From Paragordius varius (lineage: Eukaryota > Animalia > Nematomorpha), in the NCBI GenBank assembly GCA_964247055.1, contig OZ176051.1:3782001-3846000 (forward strand): a stretch of DNA of 64,000 bases, in the 5' to 3' direction. Of this stretch, positions 15,185 to 27,731 are shown in pieces. Position 1 is the first letter of the stretch, and each line of letters opens with the position of its first letter. The position numbers and the translations under genes are program-made. The notes beneath the pieces were generated by a model that worked only from the letters and a program-made list of their open reading frames with translations, was not told the DNA's origin and ran no database searches.

Positions 15185-15955
15185 TTAATATTCTAGAAAA
15201 AAATAATAAAGACGAAATCATCACAAAGTGCGCTGGGTGATGCAAGAAGCGGACAAAAATATTTTTAACAATTTAGCGAATAATCTTAATTAAAACATTA
15301 TTGGCAGATACACAACGTTCAAACAGCTACTGATATGTTACCCCTGGATGTGGAAAATATAGATGTTAAAATGCTTGAATATTGTAGAACTGTTGGTTAG
15401 CTCTTTTGCCAGAGATTGATATATTTATAAAAATGTGATCTCCTAGAATCCTATTTTTTATCACAGGACAAAGGTCAAAATTCCAAGTCAAAAAAGGTTA
15501 GATAACAATTTTGTACCATTACCTAATCGCAATATTATAAAGCATCCAGAAAAACAAGGCTCAATGAATAGCCAGAATATAAAAATGTTTTATACAAACA
15601 GAAACGATTATTTGGAAGACAAGACGGTGCACAATGACACTTTTTGATGAAGTCTCATTATTAAATAAATATATTGAATGAAAACTTATATTATGGACAA
15701 CAGAAAAAAATACATAGGATAGAAATGGTTAAAATAATCATTTTTAAACAAATTATGTTCCATACAATATTATTTTAATTGTAGAATTTGCATTATTATT
15801 ACCTGAACCACTGCTATTGAACGCGTTTTTCCACAGTAAATTAAGTAAGGACACGGAATCAAATTTAAATGTTGAATAAAAGCCATTTTGTGTGTTCAAA
15901 TATAATTTGACAAATTATGAAGACTTGTACAATATTTTACGTGATTTTGTTTATT
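15185..15955 (+). pseudogene. Heavily deleted second copy of the same transposase family, inverted
   Basis: Plus strand matches the reverse complement of 15990-17170 in colinear blocks (e.g. TTACCCCTGGATGTGGAAAAT vs TTACCCCTAGATGTGGAAAAT; GATTATTTGGAAGAC; TTCCACAGTAAAT; TCAAATTTAAATGTTGAA). Confidence 0.85.
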
Positions 15956-15985
15956 TTTTTACACAAAAACTTTAAAGAAAATGTT

Positions 15986-17846
15986 TTATTCTTTGGTATA
16001 TTTTTTGTTTGAGTAAATGCGTTTTAGCAGATTGTCATCATTTTTTAAAATATTGTAGAAGTCTTCACAAGAATTTTTCAAATTATATTTGACAGATAAA
16101 ACAGCCTTTAAAGTTTCAACATTTAAATTTGATTTTTCCGATGTCCACACCTGATTTACTGTGGAAAAAACGCGCTCAGTAGCAGCGTTGGTTCTAGGTA
16201 AAGATAGTGCGAATTCCACAATTTTTAAAATATTATTGTATGTAATATAGTTGGCTTCAAAATGATGAAAAATTTCCAACCTTTTCTTTTCTACTGTATA
16301 TTTTTCTTTTGTCCATAATTTAAGTTTTTCATTATTAATATATCTTTTAACTAATGATACTTCAGAAAAAAGATCATTTTCTGAAAGATTATTTTTGATA
16401 ATTTTTAGGAGCAGATATAATCAAATGATTTTTGAACATCGCACCAATTAAATTCTGATTTTAATGTTATCCAATGAAAATGATCAATTTCATTGAATTG
16501 CGTCGTCCAGTCTTCCAAATAATCTTTACATTTTGTATAAAACATTTTATATGGTACAGGATATTTTGGCGATTTTTTAAGCCTTGTTTTTCTAAATTAT
16601 TTATTATATTGCGGATGGTTAATGGTATAAAATTATTTTTTAACCGTTCTTGACATTGGAATTTTAGGTTACTAACTTCATTGGCTACTTCGAATGCCGA
16701 AATTTTGTCACCTTTTAAAAATTTAATAACATTTTGAAAGAGAGAAGCTTGATTATGTAAGAATTCTAACCATATTTTTGAAGAATCACTTTCAAAAAAC
16801 TTTTTTAAAGTTGTAGGACATTTGTCCTGTGATATAAATAAAATTTTAAAGGATCATACATTTTTAAAATTCTTTCGATAGCTGGCATAAAAGCTAACCA
16901 ACGAGTTTTACAATATCCAAGCATTTTTTGATATTGAACTTCTGCATTTTCACAGAATTCTTTAAGCGTTTCAACACTCGTGTATATATAAAAATAGGAA
17001 TATATTTTAACAACTACATTTTCCACATCTAGGGGTAACAAATCAGCAGCTGTTTGAATAGCGTTGTGTATTATATGGGCTGCACACCCAACGCCAATAA
17101 TGTTTTGATTAAGATTATCTGTTAATTTATGAAAAATATTTTTTTGTTCCTCTCCTTGCTTTTCCACCAAAGTTCATAATGGTGTTGTAAGCGCAATATA
17201 CGATAATTTTGTATTTTAAATTATTTTTTGCATTATTGAAGTAAATATTATTTCGGAATTTTCACAGGGTAGGGAAATTAAATCTAGAATTTTAATTTTT
17301 ACTCCGGTTTCTGAATCAAAATATCTCATCAAAGTGGGAAATAATTTTGTTTCATGGTGATTTGATGCATTAGAGTATAGCGATATGGAAATAATTTTCA
17401 GCAAATCTTTTTGTATTTCAGAAAATACATGTGGCGAAAGGACATTGCACATAATGGCTTCAGCCTTTGTACGGGCACATGTAAATTTTTTATGGAATAA
17501 CGTGCGAATAACCTGTGAGGTACAGTCCATAGATCTAAAGGAATGATTGTGATTAACGGCGTGAAAAGGTAACACGCCCTCAGCTAGTGCCAAATTCTTT
17601 TCTTCCTCTCCAAAAGCGGTTTTTCAAAAAAATAGCTCATTTTGTAAGATGAGGCCGCCATATCTAAACATTTTTTATGTTTCTGTGTTTCCATATGCTT
17701 TGTAATATCATGCTTGCCGCCATGTGCTAGGGTGAATTCCCCCTCGCATATAAGACATTTAACAAATGATTCATTCTTCTTTTTTTAATAAAAGGAAAAT
17801 CCTTCATGAATTCATCGTTGAATTTACAACCTCTTTTTGTGCTCAT
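15986..17846 (-). pseudogene. Frameshifted hAT transposase
   Basis: Fragments include an N-terminal CxxC...HxxxxH, HNHSFRSMDCTS, GCAAHIIHN, KTRWLAF and the C-terminal dimerisation motif ALSLPRTNAATERVFS. Split over ORFs 17216-17593, 16805-17170 and 15986-16279. Confidence 0.9.
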
Positions 17847-20800
17847 ATTTATAAACTACTATTAGTATAATAAATATTATATTACCTTAATTTTGTGAAA
17901 TAAACGTGTAAGGTACCGATTTGTGGTATCAATTTGTCTTTTAATCTAGAGATTTAAGGGTATTATGGCTTTTTGATAATAATAACAGTAGTAGTAGGAA
18001 GTATAGTGTATAATCACATGATATAAATTCGAAAAAAATAAATAATTTTAATTTAAAATAAAAAATTTTAATTTAAAATTGAATAGATTTTAAAGATATT
18101 TAATGATAAAAAATTTAAACGGACAAAAAAAATTTATTTGTAAAATTTTTTTTATATAATCGTGAAAAAGCGGGACATTTAAAAACGTAGCAGGAAGCGG
18201 GACAAAGTGTGAAAAAGCGGGACTGTCCCGCCAAAAGCGGGACGTCTGGTCACCTTAACCATGTAGCTTATATCCGTAAATAGAGCTTACATAAATCAAA
18301 TTAAATTTATTAATTCAATTATCTTCCTCAAAATTTTGATGTATCTTTTATCTTTTTAATATTAATATTTATCATCATAGAACTCTTAGTGTCTTATTTA
18401 ATATATAGTCCTTATTGCTAGACTCTTATGTAGGCAAAAATATTAGTATTACATATTTTAGAAGTTGTGGAATTTTACATCGTTTCTTTTTACATTAATA
18501 TTCCGAATGGTGTTTAACTTTCGTGAATTTGATAACACATATGGTAGAGCGCGTTAAAAATATTTAATACCCTCATAAAAATTTATGGACTGAAAAAATT
18601 TCAGAGAAAAATTAGTTTTGGCGCATTTTTGTATCAATGTAATATCCAATATGTTACATAATTTACATTTGTATTTTATTATAATGACCAGAAAATGCAC
18701 TTCTAGGAAGTGTAATGTTGTATAACATTGTACATTATGAACTTGAATCTCATTTATTTTTAAAAAATATTATTTTAATTAAATCCAAATACCTGTATTT
18801 GTTCCTGTCTGTGTTCAGGTTTCTTCTTTGTTATTAAAGATGATTTATATATTTTTAAATATATATGTATTTATTTATTTTTTAAATACAATCACCATTA
18901 ACCAAAATATGGATTCTTAATAAATTAATTTTGATAATGGTGTTCCTAGAGACAGGTGAGGGAGATTTGTTAAAAATAGATTTATTTCTGGCTTATAGTA
19001 GCTGATCATTAAATTTGATTTTAAATTAATTAAATATGAATCTATTATGAAATATACATGTAAAAAACTTTTATTGCCGTGCTTAATAGAGTGTAAATTA
19101 TGGTATTAAAATTCAAAATTAGGACGTTATAAAAAGTTTGTCTACTGTCATTTATATTTTTTAATGGGTTATACGGTTTAATATACCGAATTGCGTTCGT
19201 TAGAATAGTACTAAATTACTTTATATTAAAAATTTATTTTTATTGTTAATTCAGATATTTTCAAATATCTAATATGATTACTCATTTCTTTGTCACTTTT
19301 CATGGACTGGCTCAGATTGGGATTGATTTTTTGTCGCAGAGCTCTAAACTTGTAATAAATTAATATTATTTGCCAAATTTTAATATGCCAACTAAATAAA
19401 AGATATTTATTATTTTAGTTTGGCAAGATATCGAGTCCACATGAATGGCACTTATATTCAATTAAACAAATAGCTAATTTGTAAAAAGGACTCTTACATA
19501 GTTGAAAACCCAAAACTAAGCAATTTTTTATCATCACTATCAGCCCTGGGCAGACTAATTTTAAAACCTTAACAACTCGTGATATAATTTAAGTCTTGAC
19601 TTAATAAAAAAAGATAAAAAGAGTCCCTAAACCAGGGACACCTATAATTGAAACTGGCCTTAAATATCGTAAAAAGCTTATATTGAAGAACCGCATATTC
19701 ATTTATTTAATCATTAAATTTAATAGTAAACTATAGATAAAATTTAAAACAATATGTCATAAATACTAATTATTTTTAAATTTTGATTAAAAGTGGGCGG
19801 TGCTTTCTATCATAATCTAACTAAATAGAAATCAAAAAATTTTAAATGCTCCTACTTTTTTATGTTCACCAAGCAAAACATATCTTTTCAATGTATATAA
19901 GCACACATAAATATTTATATATTTTTTTTATGAAAAATCATTTTTTTGGAAAAATCATATTTATTAGATAGAGAACATTTATAAAAAAAAATATACTGAA
20001 GGTTTGTCATGTCTACATTCTCAAACATGGTTGATTAAAATGAAGATATGTTTCAAATTTAAGAAAAAAATAACAAATATAAATTTTTTACTCATTTTAA
20101 CTTTTATCTGTGTTCATTAATTTTTTCAAAATAAATTTAAATTAAAAATAGGAAAGATATTGAATTCATGAGAGGGGGATTAATCATAAAAATAAATAAA
20201 AAATTTCAACAAAATATATAATTTTCCATCTTTTTCTCGTCTCTTTGTGGCTTCAACCAATTTAGAAATCCTCCAAAATAAAAAAAAATAATTAAATGTC
20301 TAAAAAGAATAAGCGTATCATTCAAAACGCAACTAAAAGATGTTATCAACATTTTTATTTTATTCTATTATTATTATTATTATTATTATCTTGTATATTT
20401 AATTATCACTAACCAATCTTAGAGATGGTCAATTTTAAGAAAAACAGGGGAAGTTCATTAATATTAAATGAACATACATCTATTCCAACATATTCCAAAA
20501 TTTTGAAAATAATTCTAATATATTAACGTGATATATAAATTAGTGATAAGAATATTTCGTTAATCCATAACTTTTGAATAATAATTAATCAAATATTCAT
20601 TCATGATATTATCTTTATTGGAAAACTTGTTTTAAACTATATTTTTTGTCTTATACATATTTTTTGCTAAAAGTGATTTTTATTGTTAAACTTTTCATTA
20701 AACACCAACAATCGATTAATTCAGGAGCTATATTCTCTTCAGGACAAAATTTATTTCTATATCCGATAACACAAGTAAATAAACCCTATCTAATCTAAAT

Positions 20801-21309
20801 AATTAATTCATAACAGAAAATAAAATTTAAACTAAACAATGCACAAAATCTAGATATACAAAATATCCTGATTCATTACCTATCGGTTTTACTTGAAAAT
20901 TCATTTTAACGCTATTTTTGTCGGTCAATGTTTATTATAATCATACTAAGCAACCAAATAACGAATAATTCGACAAAATCGATATATATTATTATATCTT
21001 TACAATCAATCAATGTTTTTTTGATGGTCAATGTTAGTTGGCTGTTAATATTATATATTTCTATCTTAGAATAAATAAAACAAAAACAACCAGATAAATG
21101 ATTATTTTTTATTGCCTGTGAAACATGGATCAGGATTACATATTATTATCATTTTAGGATTAAAGCAATTTTTTCATTGATTAATCGATTATTTTACAAA
21201 AAATTATAACTCATCAAAATAATATATTAACTTATATACATCATGTCATATTGATAGAAAATTTGTTCAAAAGTAAGTTTACTTGTTATAAATGGAATTT
21301 ATATACATA

Positions 21310-22476
21310 CACTGTGTGCAAGAGGGTTAAATTTTTTTGCCAAAAATTTTTTTTCATGAGATAGCTTATGGCCAGTTTGCCGCAAATATTAATTTTTGAC
21401 GACCTAGTTTTTGAAATATTAGGAGAAAATTGAAATCGGGCGAAAATTGAAAATTAAGTTAATTAAGGATAATTTAAATAATAATGATAAAAGATATATT
21501 ATGGTTTATTATTATTTTGATATTTTCAATATCTAAATAGCGTAAAATCATATAGTTAGAGTTTCCATAAAACCTCAGGTCAAAATATGGCTTTTTTCTT
21601 TTAGCCTACTTAAAAGACAAAAAAGTTAATAAAACTATATTAAATTTTTTTAATTAACAATAATCACTATAAAAATCATAACTATCAAATAAAACCAAAA
21701 AATATTGTTTTTTATTTTTTCATTTTTTTCATCTGGTTTATGAGCGTATAAAAAATTTATGCTGTTTTATTTTGGAATCTTACATGAGTGGGAATTATAA
21801 ATATTTATGCAAAATAGCGTTTGAAAGTTGTCGAATATCAACCAACAATCCTTACAAATCCCTGTAACAAGTCTATTTTAGGACAAATTATTAATTTTAT
21901 TGGAATTTGTACGGATTGTTAGTTGATTTTCGATTACTTCCTATTTTACATAAATTATATACTTTATGATATCAACTCATGTAAAATTCCAAAATAAAAC
22001 AGTATAAATTATTTATGTCATTAACCATATGACAAAAAAATGAAAAAATAAATTTTTTTTTGGTTTTATTTTGTTATTTAAGTATTTTTTACTGAATAAA
22101 ATATGAATGTTAAGATCTTAATAGTGAGTTTAGGTAAATAATATAAAATTATTTTAATATAGTTTCATAAATTTTTTTTTCTTTTAGGTGTGTTAAAAGA
22201 AAAACGCCTCACCTGAGATTTCATAGAAACTCCAACTATATGATTTTAGGCTATTTATATATTGAAAATATCTCTTAAAATGATAATAACCATGATATCT
22301 CAACTTTTATCATTATTTTTTAAATTGTCCTTAATTTTCACTTTTACACGATTTCAATTTTCTCTCAATAGTTTAAAAACTAGGTAACAAATAAAAATTT
22401 TTACAACAAATAAATTCGCTGGTTATGAGTTATCTCATGAAAAAAATTATTTTGTTAAAATTTTTTTCACACAGTG
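21310..22476. mobile_element. ~1.17-kb near-complete palindrome (foldback MITE, probably Tc1/mariner-type)
   Basis: Ends CACTGTGTG/CACACAGTG in a TA-rich site. Arms ~21310-21860 and ~21900-22476 pair along their length with many mismatches; central spacer ~45 bp. Absent from repeat copies 1 and 2. Confidence 0.85.
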
Positions 22477-25416
22477 TGTATATATATTTATACATATAAA
22501 CTAAAAATATACAATTATATTATAATATGCGAATCTTAAGAGTTTCCATATCTTTTGACATTTAAATTAAATTTTGCCCCTTTTAGTTATAATATTTTTT
22601 TTTATTAAATTTCCATCTTGGCATATTCTTTAAAGTTTTTGATATTGCGAAATTCAAAAATTAATTTAAATTTAATTAGCACACAACAACTTAATATAAA
22701 ATGTAAATGTTTAAAATTTAAACTCATAAAAATTAAATATAATATGTAGTATCAGCTTTTTAAACATATATTTTGAATTAATAATTTAAGACATCAGTAA
22801 AATTCATAATATAAATATTTTTTAAGGAAGAATTTAACTGTGCTTTTTTATTGTTTTAATCATGATTCTAATTTTCATAATTTTGATACTGACAATGTAA
22901 ATTGGATTTCTTCTTGATGTTATACCAGTGTAATTATTAGCTTATAACAATATATAAATAGTAACATTATGAGGTACAGTTATTATTATATCATTTTCTG
23001 ACAAATTATTATTGATTTATTTTATATGTTAAAGAATTTTACGAGATTAAATTTGAAATTAATTTTGAAACATAGTTGATCAAAATAAGTTTAAAAGTTT
23101 AAATCAATGAGTTTAAATTTTATTAGCTAAAATATTTTAAATGCTTCGTAAAATAGATTAAGGTATCACTTGAATAATAACCTATCTGCCTTATGAATAT
23201 CATTCTGGTCATATCCAGTTAATTTTATCAAATTTTTTCGGAACAAAACCTAAACTTTTTTGTCAGAAACTCAAAAAACGCTGAAAAACTCTATTAATGA
23301 AATACATATTCAGATACTAAATTGTATCCTTTTCCTTTTATGCTATCTTTGGAATTGGCACTATTAATCATCAAATATTCATTTGTCGAGAAATATTAAT
23401 TATCATTTATCTTCAAAAAATTAATAAAAAGGAATTTTAAACATTACATTATTTTTATTATTTACTTAATCACTATGAATTTTGAAAATATATAACCAAG
23501 TGTGGTCGTTGTCCACATCAGAGGAAAGAATGTGTCTCTTTCTATTAATGCCTTCTTATTTCTTAATATTTGAAAATTAAAATCATGAGAATTATTTTAA
23601 AATTAGAAACCATAGTAGTCTTTTAGGTTTTTCCATCCATAATATCATCCATTTATAAATAATTTAGAGATGGATTAAAAAACCAAGATTATGTTTTCAT
23701 CAACAGTCATGATCGAAATTATTGGATATAAAATGGATACAATATTCGATATCTTAATTTATAGGATTGATCATTAAAATCATTTAACTTTATAAAATTG
23801 CTGTATTTATACTTATGTCATATATTCGATACCCTAAGATATAAATTAATCTTGTGTGATAGATTTGGTTTGCAATACTTTTTGCATCTGTCTAAAAGAT
23901 GTTACCTATAAAAATTGTTGAAATTCCGGTTAACGAATCCAGAATGCGGTTATCATATAATTTTTTCCGTCAAACATTTTTCTAAATAATTTCAATCACT
24001 GAAAAGCTGGCATATAAATTAAATTATAAAAAATAAATTTATCTATATTTAAAGGCGTTTTATTATATCGACAGCTAAGGTTAGTCAATACTTAAAAACA
24101 ACTGTTTTTTGAATTGGATATATGAGTATCTAAATATTAAACTAAAGAAGTTTTAAAACTATCAATTAAAGCCTAACATAGGTTTTCTAAAAAAAAATTC
24201 CTAGGACATAAAAAATATCCCAAAATGGTTTTTATTATTAATAACTTCACAAGAATGAAGTTTTAACTTCACTCCATAAATTTTTTTGTTTTATTTATTT
24301 TTGTATTTTTTAAACTTTTCGGTCATGAAATTTTAAGGTTTAATAAAAAAAATATTTTTTATGATACTTCCTTATTGTCAATTTATATCTGAATCGTAAA
24401 ATTAATTTTTATATGCCAATAAAAAATAATACTTTTTTTAATTCATTTCTTATTTAATTCTTTGACATTAGCCAAAACCCAATATCTAAAATATTAGTAA
24501 ATTCAATAGATGTTAATAAAAAATAGTGCTTGCATATAAATCATATATTTATTTATTCAATTATCTTACCAAAATGAGATTATTACTGTGTCTTCTTCAA
24601 AATTTTGAATTAAAAAATGGACACATATCTTTTAAATCCACTTGGTAATATTAAAATTTATCATCATAGAACTATTATAGTATAATAACTCTTTTGAACA
24701 CAGAAAAATAGCATAATAATACATATTTTTAGAAGTCCTGTTGTCAAATTATACAATGAATCTTTTACATTTATATTCCGAATGGTTGTTAACTTTCTTG
24801 AATACAATGATACATATGGCTTAAGCGCGCTCAAATTTTTTATACCCTCATAAAAATTTATGGACTGAAAAATTCAAAGTGGCGCATTTTTTGTATCAAA
24901 TATAATGACCAATATGTTACAGAATTTACATTTGTAGTTTATTTTTTTATAATGATCAGAAAATGTACTCCTAGAAAAAGTAATGTTATATAACATTTTA
25001 CAATATATCCTTTATTAAAAAAAATATTATTTTAATTAAAACCAATTATTACCTGTATTTGTTCCTGTCTGTGTTCGTGTTTTATTCTCTTTGTTATATA
25101 AAAATGATAAATATATTTTATAAATATAATTTTTATATATTAATATATTTTTAAATACAAACCATTAACCAAAATATGGATTCTTAATTAATTAATTTTG
25201 ATAATGGTTCCTTGAGACAGGTGAAGATTTGTAAATTATTAAAATCTATTATTTCTTGTTTATAAAATGGTTATTAAATTTGGTTTAAAATTGATTAAGA
25301 ATGAATTACCATAATACATACATAATATGTAGAAAAAATTTATTGTTATACTTAATAGAGTGTTAGTTATGGTATAAAAAAAAGCGAAGTTGAGGTTGTA
25401 AAAAGTTTGTCTACTC

Positions 25417-25480
25417 CAGGAGTGTTTAATACAAATGGCTTCGCGGGCCGCATTCGAATTATATATGGGCATTCATAAAT
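25417..25480. mobile_element. Truncated hAT MITE end
   Basis: CAGGAGTGTTTAATACAAATGGCTTCGCGGGCCGCATT is close to the reverse complement of the MITE end at ~39765-39799; no second end found. Confidence 0.7.
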
Positions 25481-26351
25481 TAGATTTCAAACATAAAACT
25501 GTAAAATGAAAACACAATATAGCATTTTTTGCCCAAATTAAATAGAACTCTTCAGCGGGTTTTATATAATGTGGCTTCTTTTTTATCCTTATAAATACAG
25601 GCAATGTGGTTTAGAAAAAATCCTGGTTTTTATTTTGATTAATTGTTTTCAGTCTTTGTCGTACTCAATAATTCCCTAACCGTCCAACTCTCTATGTATA
25701 TGTGCATATAAATATTTATATCATTTTATCTTAAAAAACCATATTTTCAGATAAACGATATGTATATATTACATTGAAGGTCTGTCAAATCTGTATTGTT
25801 TATAATTTCAGAAAAAAATATCAATTAAATGTAAAATCATTTTTGTAACTTTTTGTGTGTTCATTGAATTTTATAAATATTAATACAAATTGAAAATAGG
25901 AAAAATATTGAATGCATGAGAGGGGGATTAATCATAAAAATAAATAAAAAATATCAACAAAATGTATTATTTTTCATGTTTTTCTCGTTACTTTCTGGCT
26001 TCAACCAATTTAGAAATCCTCCAAAATAGCAAAAAATAATTAAATGTCTAAAAGGATGAAGCTTATCATGCCAAACGCTACTAAAAGATGTTATCAAAAT
26101 TTTCATTTTATTTCTATTAGTAATACTATAACATTATATTATCTTTTTATATTTGATTACCATTATCACTAACCAATTTTAGAGATGGTCTATATTCAGA
26201 AAAACAGGGGAAGTTCATTAATATTTAATAAACCATCTATTCCAACATATTCCAAAATCTTGAAAATGATTCCAATACAATGCAATACAATAATATACTG
26301 GAATTTTATAATTTTTAATAATTAAGAAAACAACTTGAATTTTCATATGTC

Positions 26352-26545
26352 ATGATATTATCTTTGTTGGAAAACACTTTGTTTCAAATTATATTTTGTT
26401 TGTCCTATACATGTCCCTTTAACTTGCTAAAAGTGATTTTAATCATCAAAATTTTGGTCAAACACCAACAATCGATGAATTCAGAGGCTATTATATTCTC
26501 TTCAGGACAAAATTTATATTCCACTTCCAATCATACAAGTATGTT
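26352..26545 (+). pseudogene. Frame-conserved coding-like fragment near the end of the repeat unit
   Basis: Same frame in all copies with mostly conservative changes: copy 3 LLKVILIIKILVKHQQSMNSEAIIFSSGQNLY; copy 2 LLKVIFIVKLFIKHQQSINSGAIFSSGQNLF; copy 1 LLKVILLLNFLIKDHQSMNSDFIIFRNLY. Confidence 0.4.
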
Positions 26546-27731
26546 TACACTTTTGCACTTATATATTTTTATGCGGAAAACATTAACGCTTGATAAATTT
26601 TTAGGAAAATCCAAAAAAGAACCAAAACAAAATTTTGCTAATATGCTTTATATAGTAAAAAATAAATCGTTTAACCCTTTATTGTCTTTACACTTTTGAT
26701 GACGGGTACATATTGGGGTGAGTTCCATATTCTAAATAAACGAAAAGCTGATTTTATGATTTAATATCAAAAACATACTGAAATGCAATCATAAGCATTT
26801 AATTAATTAATTTCATTTTATACTAGCTTTTAACGATTAACAATAATATGTAAAAAATGTGGCGACAAAAAGTTTGAAATGAGGCTTTTTATATTATTTA
26901 TAAATATTTTTTTCTAAAATGCGCTAAAAGGTCTTATAATGCATATTTTTGAAAGCCTTATATCAAAAATATTTTTATGATGTATAAATTCGAAATTGCT
27001 CTGGGGTAGAAATTTAGACCAAAAGGTAAAGTGTTATTGTGTAATTATTGGTTTTTTAACGATCGATTCTAGTTTTGAGTACAGCATACAAATTCCTCTA
27101 TCTACATTTTTTCATAAGTTAGAATTTACATAGAGAATTTTTAAACACATATGCGGATGACATAAAAGAATATTTTAATTAAAATAATTTTTCTAAAAAA
27201 TGTAATAAGTTATAAATCATTTTCTGCAAAAAAGGATAAAAAAAGTGAAATTAAGCTTTGCATCTAATTTTGAATTTAATCCTACTTTAATTAACTTGTT
27301 AACGCTTTTGCACAAAACGAAAAAACTACTTTTTTGCTCTAAAATAAAAACCAAACCACCCCCTTTAAAATATGAAGACAATTTAGATCTATACCAATTC
27401 GTAGGCAAGTGGTATTAATTATTATCCCAAAATATTAATATTATCGCACAAACTCTAATTTACTGAGGCTTAAATTACGAATAATTTTAAAAGTTGATCA
27501 TGATTGGCGTGTTGAAAGAGGAGTATATAATTAAGGTTTATTGAATTTGATGGATAAACCTTTTTTACCAAATAAAGACACAATTTTTATGAAGGGATAT
27601 TTCATATAGGGCGGGACTGCCAATTTAAAGAAGCGCTCATTTATATTTGTCATCAAAAGAAAAATCAGTTATGTAGATTAATTTGAGCCGACTCAAGTTT
27701 TCTTATGCGTAATAGATAAATACATGTATAG

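Larger units (their letters stand above)
14966..18257 (-). mobile_element. hAT element, Blackjack-type (3292 bp)
   Basis: TIR TAAGGTGACCAGA/TCTGGTCACCTTA, repeated subterminal GCGGGAC motifs, exact TSD ACCATGTA. Single-copy empty site ACTATGTA at 5495-5502 in repeat copy 1. Confidence 0.95.
9395..20880. repeat. Tandem segmental repeat, copy 2 (contains 3.3-kb hAT insertion)
   Basis: Colinear with copy 1 over almost its whole length and closer to copy 1 than to copy 3 by eye. Has an extra ~230 bp near 19200-19440. Confidence 0.95.
20940..26550. repeat. Tandem segmental repeat, copy 3 (most diverged, three internal deletions)
   Basis: Starts with the same TTCGACAAAATCGATATA...TTTACAATCAATCAA motif as copy 2. 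Lacks the equivalents of copy-1 ~320-1590, ~3300-5200 and ~6400-6900. Confidence 0.92.

Noticed and set aside
19530-19700. Minus-strand peptide FLRYLRPVSIIGVPGLGTLF resembling a voltage-gated channel S4-S5 linker, plus an S1-like stretch near 3480-3560 (+)
   Set aside because: Short, low-complexity resemblance; the two hints lie on opposite strands; no pore motif found. Not enough to name the repeat-unit product.
1-26550. Stop-codon reassignment or a NUMT as the explanation for shared in-frame TAA codons in the repeat unit
   Set aside because: RPL11 ends at TAA where expected. The copies also contain frameshifts, and no mitochondrial gene motif was recognised.
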